A stretch of DNA of 33,666 nt, taken from positions 1 to 33,666 of the forward strand of contig QPMI01000018.1 in NCBI GenBank assembly GCA_004431415.1, given 5' to 3'. Each line of letters begins with the position of its first letter. The first letter of the stretch is position 1. Origin of the DNA: Cyanophora paradoxa CCMP329 (Eukaryota; Plantae; Glaucophyta). The position numbers and the translations under genes were made by a program. This document shows, one piece after another, positions 28,770 through 33,666 of this stretch. The notes below the pieces were generated by a model, which saw only the letters and a list, made by a program, of their open reading frames with translations, was not told the DNA's origin and made no database searches.

Positions 28770-31700
28770 ATCACCCAAAACAAGCACAAGGGCAGTTATA
28801 ACAATCGGACTGGGAAAACGGAAATTTGAACTTGAGATCAACGTGAGAACAAGTTCGTTCTGGTTTGAATTTTGTACAGTTCTTTTCAATTTGTGACTTT
28901 TTGTCATTAGATCTTCGAAATCTTCCGGAAAATGTGACGTTAGACGACTCTGTGGTCATTTCGTCAACGGTGCGGTTCATTTCACATCATTTCAATACCT
29001 GACATATGTACAGGCAATGATAAATGCACTTGCCGGAAAAGAGAAGCGCAGACAAGGCTCGACAAAACGTCTTCTTAAATCAATCCCACGAAGCCATCGA
29101 GCCATGCGGCGCTTATGTTTTCAGCTGTCAAATCTCTTTTTCAAGCTGGCGAGGCGGACGCCCCAGCAGTGCGCTTCCGCGATATATCTACCGGCGAGGA
29201 GGTACTCGCTCCTCTCTTTTTGTTCTGTGTGCTTTCTCACTGTTTTTCAGTGGACGCTCACAAGACAAGCTGGGCAATATACTTTTAGAGTTGGCACGGA
29301 TACGTCAAAGAGAACCGGCTCTGTTGACATCGAAGAAGAATTAACTGATGAATAGATAGGCAGGCAGAAGATAGGCAGAAAATCGACAGATTGCATTGTT
29401 CAAGCAAGAAAAGTACATTGCCCGGACCGAAACTACGTGCTAGCGCAGCAGGGCCGTGGAGTTGCGTTCGTGACTGCTGCGTATCCGATATTCCCGTTTT
29501 CCTGGAAAATGTTTAGGACGTTAATTCAAATCCAAAACGACAAAGGAACGAACAGAAGCGTGAGATGGCCAGATCCAGTAAGCCCAACGTTTGAAGGTGT
29601 CTCCGAGGCGCGAAGCGTGTTGTACCCCACCAAGCTCCATCCCTTCGGGACACAGCTTGAGCAGGACGCAAGCACGTTCCACAGCGGATCCGAACGTTTC
29701 GGTAGAAAGCATATAAAATGGCGTAAGTTGAGTGACTTCACCACTGTCGCAGTGGTCGATTTTCAAGGAAACGCTGCGGTTGGATCGTCAAATGAAAAAC
29801 GGTTCTACTGTCAAAACAATTGTTTCGCACTCTTCACAGCCTTTCAACTTTTTTTCCGTTTCGTTATTATGTTCAAGTTCAATCCGGAGTTGCTTGTCTT
29901 CCAGTTTAGCGTCGTCTCGAATTCGCATTTCTGTTGTTGGAGCTCGAGGTGTTCCGGTGATTTTGCGTTTTTCTTGGTGGGTCCAGATTTGCTGCGACTT
30001 GTCAATATTTAACATTTACAGTATATATAAACGAATCCTCGGCTCACAGAAGGGTCAGAAAACGCGATCAGTAAGGCCGACGTCTGCAGGTGTCTCCGAA
30101 CGCGAAGCGGTTCTCATCCCACCACAACTCCATTCCCTCCGGACTCGTCTTGAACTCGATGCAAGCACGTTTCACAGCCGATGCGAATGTCTCATTAGGA
30201 AGCATTATAACGGCATTATCTGAGCGACAACGCACCGTCGCAATATTCGATATTAAGGGTAACCCTGTACATATTAATTACGAAATGAATCACGTTTGCC
30301 TAAATGATGGAACGTGGCGCACTCTTCCGAGTCTGTCATTTGCAGTTTTGAAGGTTTAAAAACAGGCGTCAACACGTCATCTGATCATCCTCCTGTATAC
30401 GTACGTACATGCAAGTTACGAATGATGCGCGTTTACATAAATGATGTAAAGTGGCGCACTCTTCTGAGTCTTTCTTTTGCAGTTTTGAAGGTTTAAAAAC
30501 AGGCGTCAACACGTCATCTGAATCATCATTCCTGTACATATAAGTTACGATATGATGTGCGTTTGCGAAAATGATGGATCCGGAACGTGGCGCACTCTTC
30601 CGAGTCTTTCAGCTGCATTTTTCTTCCGAAGGTTTAAAAGAGGCATCAACACGTCCTTTGCACGCTTAATGCGTTGCAAAAAGTCCTGCGGCAACGATGT
30701 AATTCTATGTAAGATTCGCACCCAAGCATCAGCCTCCAAAAGGCAGGGTTCGCACCCAAGCATCAGCCTCGCATTTAGTACAATGACACATTTCGGCGTT
30801 TCATCACACACACGTTTCATCGATGTCGGTTTCGCTGGCTCGAATTCAACTTCGCAGGCGATAGCTCTGTCAGCTTTACCGTCGCAACCACGAGCAAGCG
30901 TGAATTCGAATGCGTACCGATCGTTCGATTGCAACCGGCGACATCGTGTTTGGAGCTTGCATCGACATCGTTCCCGCGACAAAACAATGTAGTACCCCCC
31001 GTCGCATTGTACCCTCAGAACTACCGATGTACCGTTGGGGTCTACTCTCCCCCGATTGGTTCTCAATGTTTGTGGATTTCTAAATGGACATGCGTGCAGC
31101 CCCTTTTCAAAGTGTCGCACGGATATCAAGCAATCCTTTCAACACATCATGCGTTCGCAAAGATTGATATTGTCTTCAAAACACTCATATCCTCTGCAGA
31201 AGATTCATATAGTGAGGTCTCCCACAAAGCGATTGAATTCAGCATCCTCAGATCAGCGATTTTCGCTGAATAGAAGACGATGAATTTCGCGGAACGATTG
31301 ACAATGAATATTAAAAAAACGCCATACCGCGCAAATTGAAATTTCATCTAGCGTTTGCGTCTAAGTCAATGCCCAGGCCCAGAGCGTCAAATCAAAACGC
31401 ACAGTGCTTACGCGCAGAGTTCGACTTCATCTATTTATGACTCGACGTAAGAACACACGTTTTGCGACGGAATCTGAATGTACACGAAGAGCTCTCTTCT
31501 GAGATTGGAGAGCTGCAATACAGCTGCAATTCACAACCAGATGTTTCAAAAAGAGAGTCAAGAAGGTACCGTTCAGAGCGTTGAAGTTGCGTATCGGGAC
31601 TGAGTTCCAGCTGTTTGTGACGGTACGTCAAACAATATCGTACGAAAGATTCTGGCTTGCGAATTTACATTGCAGCGCTGAAGCTGGGCGACTAACGAGC

Positions 31701-32440
31701 ATTCTGAGACTGGACACCTGCAACGTTTAAAACGAAGAAACGTCATTCTCGGCTGTCAACTTGCAGCTGCTGAAGTGGGTGGCCGGGAGTGGTATATGCT
31801 TGCATTGCTGAAGTGTGGCGACAAGAGAAGCATTCTCAGACTGAACCTGCACGATGTTCAGACAAAAGAAAAGGCTTCGGTTGGTGATCTTGCCTTGCAG
31901 CCGGGCGATCAAGGAAGCATTCTCAGTTTGGACGCCTGGCAATCTTTTTAAAAAAAGCGAAATAATACTCGGAAAAATCTATTCACCCTCCATCTGGTCT
32001 TTTGAGTGTCGCAGAAGTTCGTTCTCATCTTCAAGTAATTTATTCCGATTACGCATGTTTTGAACCTCCGCCCGAAGCGAGGAAATCTCATGATCTGATG
32101 AAGAACCTGCATAAGATGGTTATTAATCAACACGTTGCGCGTTTTAAGACGGCTCTTTGCGCTCACTAGGGTTCATGTGACTGCGTCCATAGGTCGAGGC
32201 CCATTCCGACTGGAGAGTTGATGCATTTTGTGGTCGGACAAACGAAATGGGAGGTGTCGATGTTTCAATTGCTTCCGAAATGGGAGTTGTCGATGTTTGA
32301 ATTGCTTCCGGTTTGTTAAGGTGCAGCGCAAAGCGTGTGTCCTGCAGTTTTTTGAATGCTCATGCATGCAAAAACGAATCCAGCTCACCTCCTTCTCACA
32401 GAAATCGAGTATGAACCGCCTGCTCTCCTCCGGATACTGT
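28770..32440 (-). pseudogene. Decayed multi-exon gene(s) with coiled-coil repeats and tandem SUMO/ubiquitin-like domains
   Basis: Two homologous segments 29772-29545 and 30263-30046 read VSLKI...FYMLSTETFGSAVERAC...GMEL...LRASETPSNVGL...LTLL and VTLNI...MLPNETFASAVKRAC...GMELWW...SETPADVGLTD. Three VQ(T/S)(E/Q)NA...AxLQ repeats at 31675-31940. Multiple stops and frameshifts. Confidence 0.55.
30279..30657 (+). repeat. Diverged ~130-138 bp tandem repeat, ~2.8 copies
   Basis: gtggcgcactcttc...gaaggtttaaaa.aggc.tcaacacgtc recurs at ~30314, ~30451 and ~30587. Confidence 0.9.
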
Positions 32441-32481
32441 AAACGTTGTGATGAAAGAAGGGAGTTTGAACGAATAACGAA

Positions 32482-33111
32482 TTACTCACCCTCTTCACAA
32501 TGATATGAAGAATCGCGGCTCCCGTCCATCAGTTCCCGAAAAGCGTACTTGAGTCGGGCGTTTTCCGCCAATTCGGCGTTCCGATTATCATCCTGCAATT
32601 TGGGGTTTTCCCACCCAGTCGTGAAGAACTTGTAATTCGTGGGTCTTTTAAACGGTAATGACAGAAATTCCGAAGAAAGAGCCTCCAGTCCAGACTTAAT
32701 CCCCTTTCGTCGTATGTCCTTCTCCAAGGTGCCGTCAAGTTTCGCTGCGGTTGCTAGATCGTCGATCTCGATCGCCCGAAGACACGGCCACTGGATGCTT
32801 AGAGATGCACGAATCCGATCGAAGTGCTCCGTTCCGTTGCTCCAAACGCCGCAGTAGACGATGCTGGGATCGAATATAGGCAGCAACAATGCTCGATGGT
32901 CGTCCGACGCGAGGAAGGTATTGTCGATGCATATCTGGACATTGGGTGACGCGATTCCAAGGAACGCTATTCCCTGTTCCTTTCGCCAATTTGAAGGCCA
33001 CTTCGGACAAATGAACAGAATCGTCCGGTCACCGAGCAGAGAGTTTTTCGAATCCAAAAGGAGGGCACGGATCTTGTTTCCAACCTGATTTGCAGTCATG
33101 ATCAGCTGCAA
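32482..33111 (-). CDS. WRN/EXD/Mut-7-like 3'-5' exonuclease-fold domain, probably catalytically inactive; part of a multi-exon gene
   Basis: Pattern ILFICPKWP...IAFLGIAS...LLPIFDPSIVYCGV...IDDLATAA...SGLEALSSEFL...K...TTGWENPKL...ELAENA parallels the DEDDy family. Introns at 32489-32437 and 32388-32342 follow. Confidence 0.6.
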   Translation of the reverse strand: MQLIMTANQVGNKIRALLLDSKNSLLGDRTILFICPKWPSNWRKEQGIAFLGIASPNVQICIDNTFLASDDHRALLLPIFDPSIVYCGVWSNGTEHFDRIRASLSIQWPCLRAIEIDDLATAAKLDGTLEKDIRRKGIKSGLEALSSEFLSLPFKRPTNYKFFTTGWENPKLQDDNRNAELAENARLKYAFRELMDGSRDSSYHCEEGE

Positions 33112-33666
33112 ACCGTTTTATGTGTGTCGCAAGGCACGGCACACATCTCCAAGTGCGTCGCGGTCGGTCAACAGCCATTGTGTGCGCATCACTGCAGGAG
33201 ACACTTCTCTTCGAACGCCCGCTTGAGCTCGGCGATGCAAGGCGCTAAAACTTTCGGTCGAGGTTTCGACCTGCGTATGCATCCAAAAGGTTGGATGCAA
33301 GTTACAGCAGTTCGCAAGTTGCGTTCTACATCGCGCGCACCTTTTGCGATCCGAGACCGCTTCGACCGCCCTCTCGCTCCACAAGTTGCGAGCGGCGAGC
33401 CGAATGGAGGGGTACACTGCAGTTCTCGAAACCAGGTCGAAGGCATGGGCGGCAAAGAGACTCATAAACGCAAATCGACCGGCTGTCAAGGAGATGCCCG
33501 TGCCGATCTTCGGGGCCGACGCAGAACCGGCGTGGACGATCCTTCCAAGGTACGCCGGCCCGTGCGGCCGTATGCGCAAATGCGTGCACCGATAAGCACC
33601 AGGGAAGCACCGGAGATGCAGGGACGAATCAGGAATCAGAGCGTGCGGAGATCCTCCAACTTGCTC

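Noticed and set aside
29040-31230. Alternative genetic code with TGA as a sense codon
   Set aside because: TGA terminates the integrase and Ulp1 ORFs normally, and the same region also has frameshifts and other stops.
33118-33666. Separate zinc-finger gene (CARC...C)
   Set aside because: Too fragmentary across frames; it may be upstream exons of the exonuclease-like gene but cannot be supported.

Overview
Eukaryotic genomic DNA. Short 47-67 nt spliceosomal introns with GTGCG/GTGAG and some GC donors suggest a protist or alga; the taxon cannot be determined from the window. There are three zones. (1) 1-~17400: the 3' part of a very large GC-rich Ty3/Gypsy LTR retrotransposon. Gag zinc knuckles at the window edge are followed by ~11 kb of unassigned same-strand coding sequence, then protease, a dUTPase-like region, RT, RNase H, a long Arg-rich linker, and an integrase with GPY motif and AT-hook. 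Many frameshifts break it, mostly single-base losses where traced, and a canonical-looking -1 frameshift signal follows the protease. (2) 19131-27131: an ~8 kb foldback-like island with inverted arms built from a 157-bp hairpin satellite. It holds three intron-containing genes reconstructed by hand: a zinc finger-Ulp1 (C48) protease, an LRR protein and an F-box protein. Each is followed 3' by the same hairpin repeat in sense orientation, and copies of their 3' ends lie next to the repeats. (3) 27200-33666: a hypothetical gene and a decayed minus-strand region with tandem SUMO-like domains, coiled-coil repeats and a WRN/EXD-type exonuclease domain lacking catalytic acids. All domain calls come from motif recognition by eye; no searches were run.
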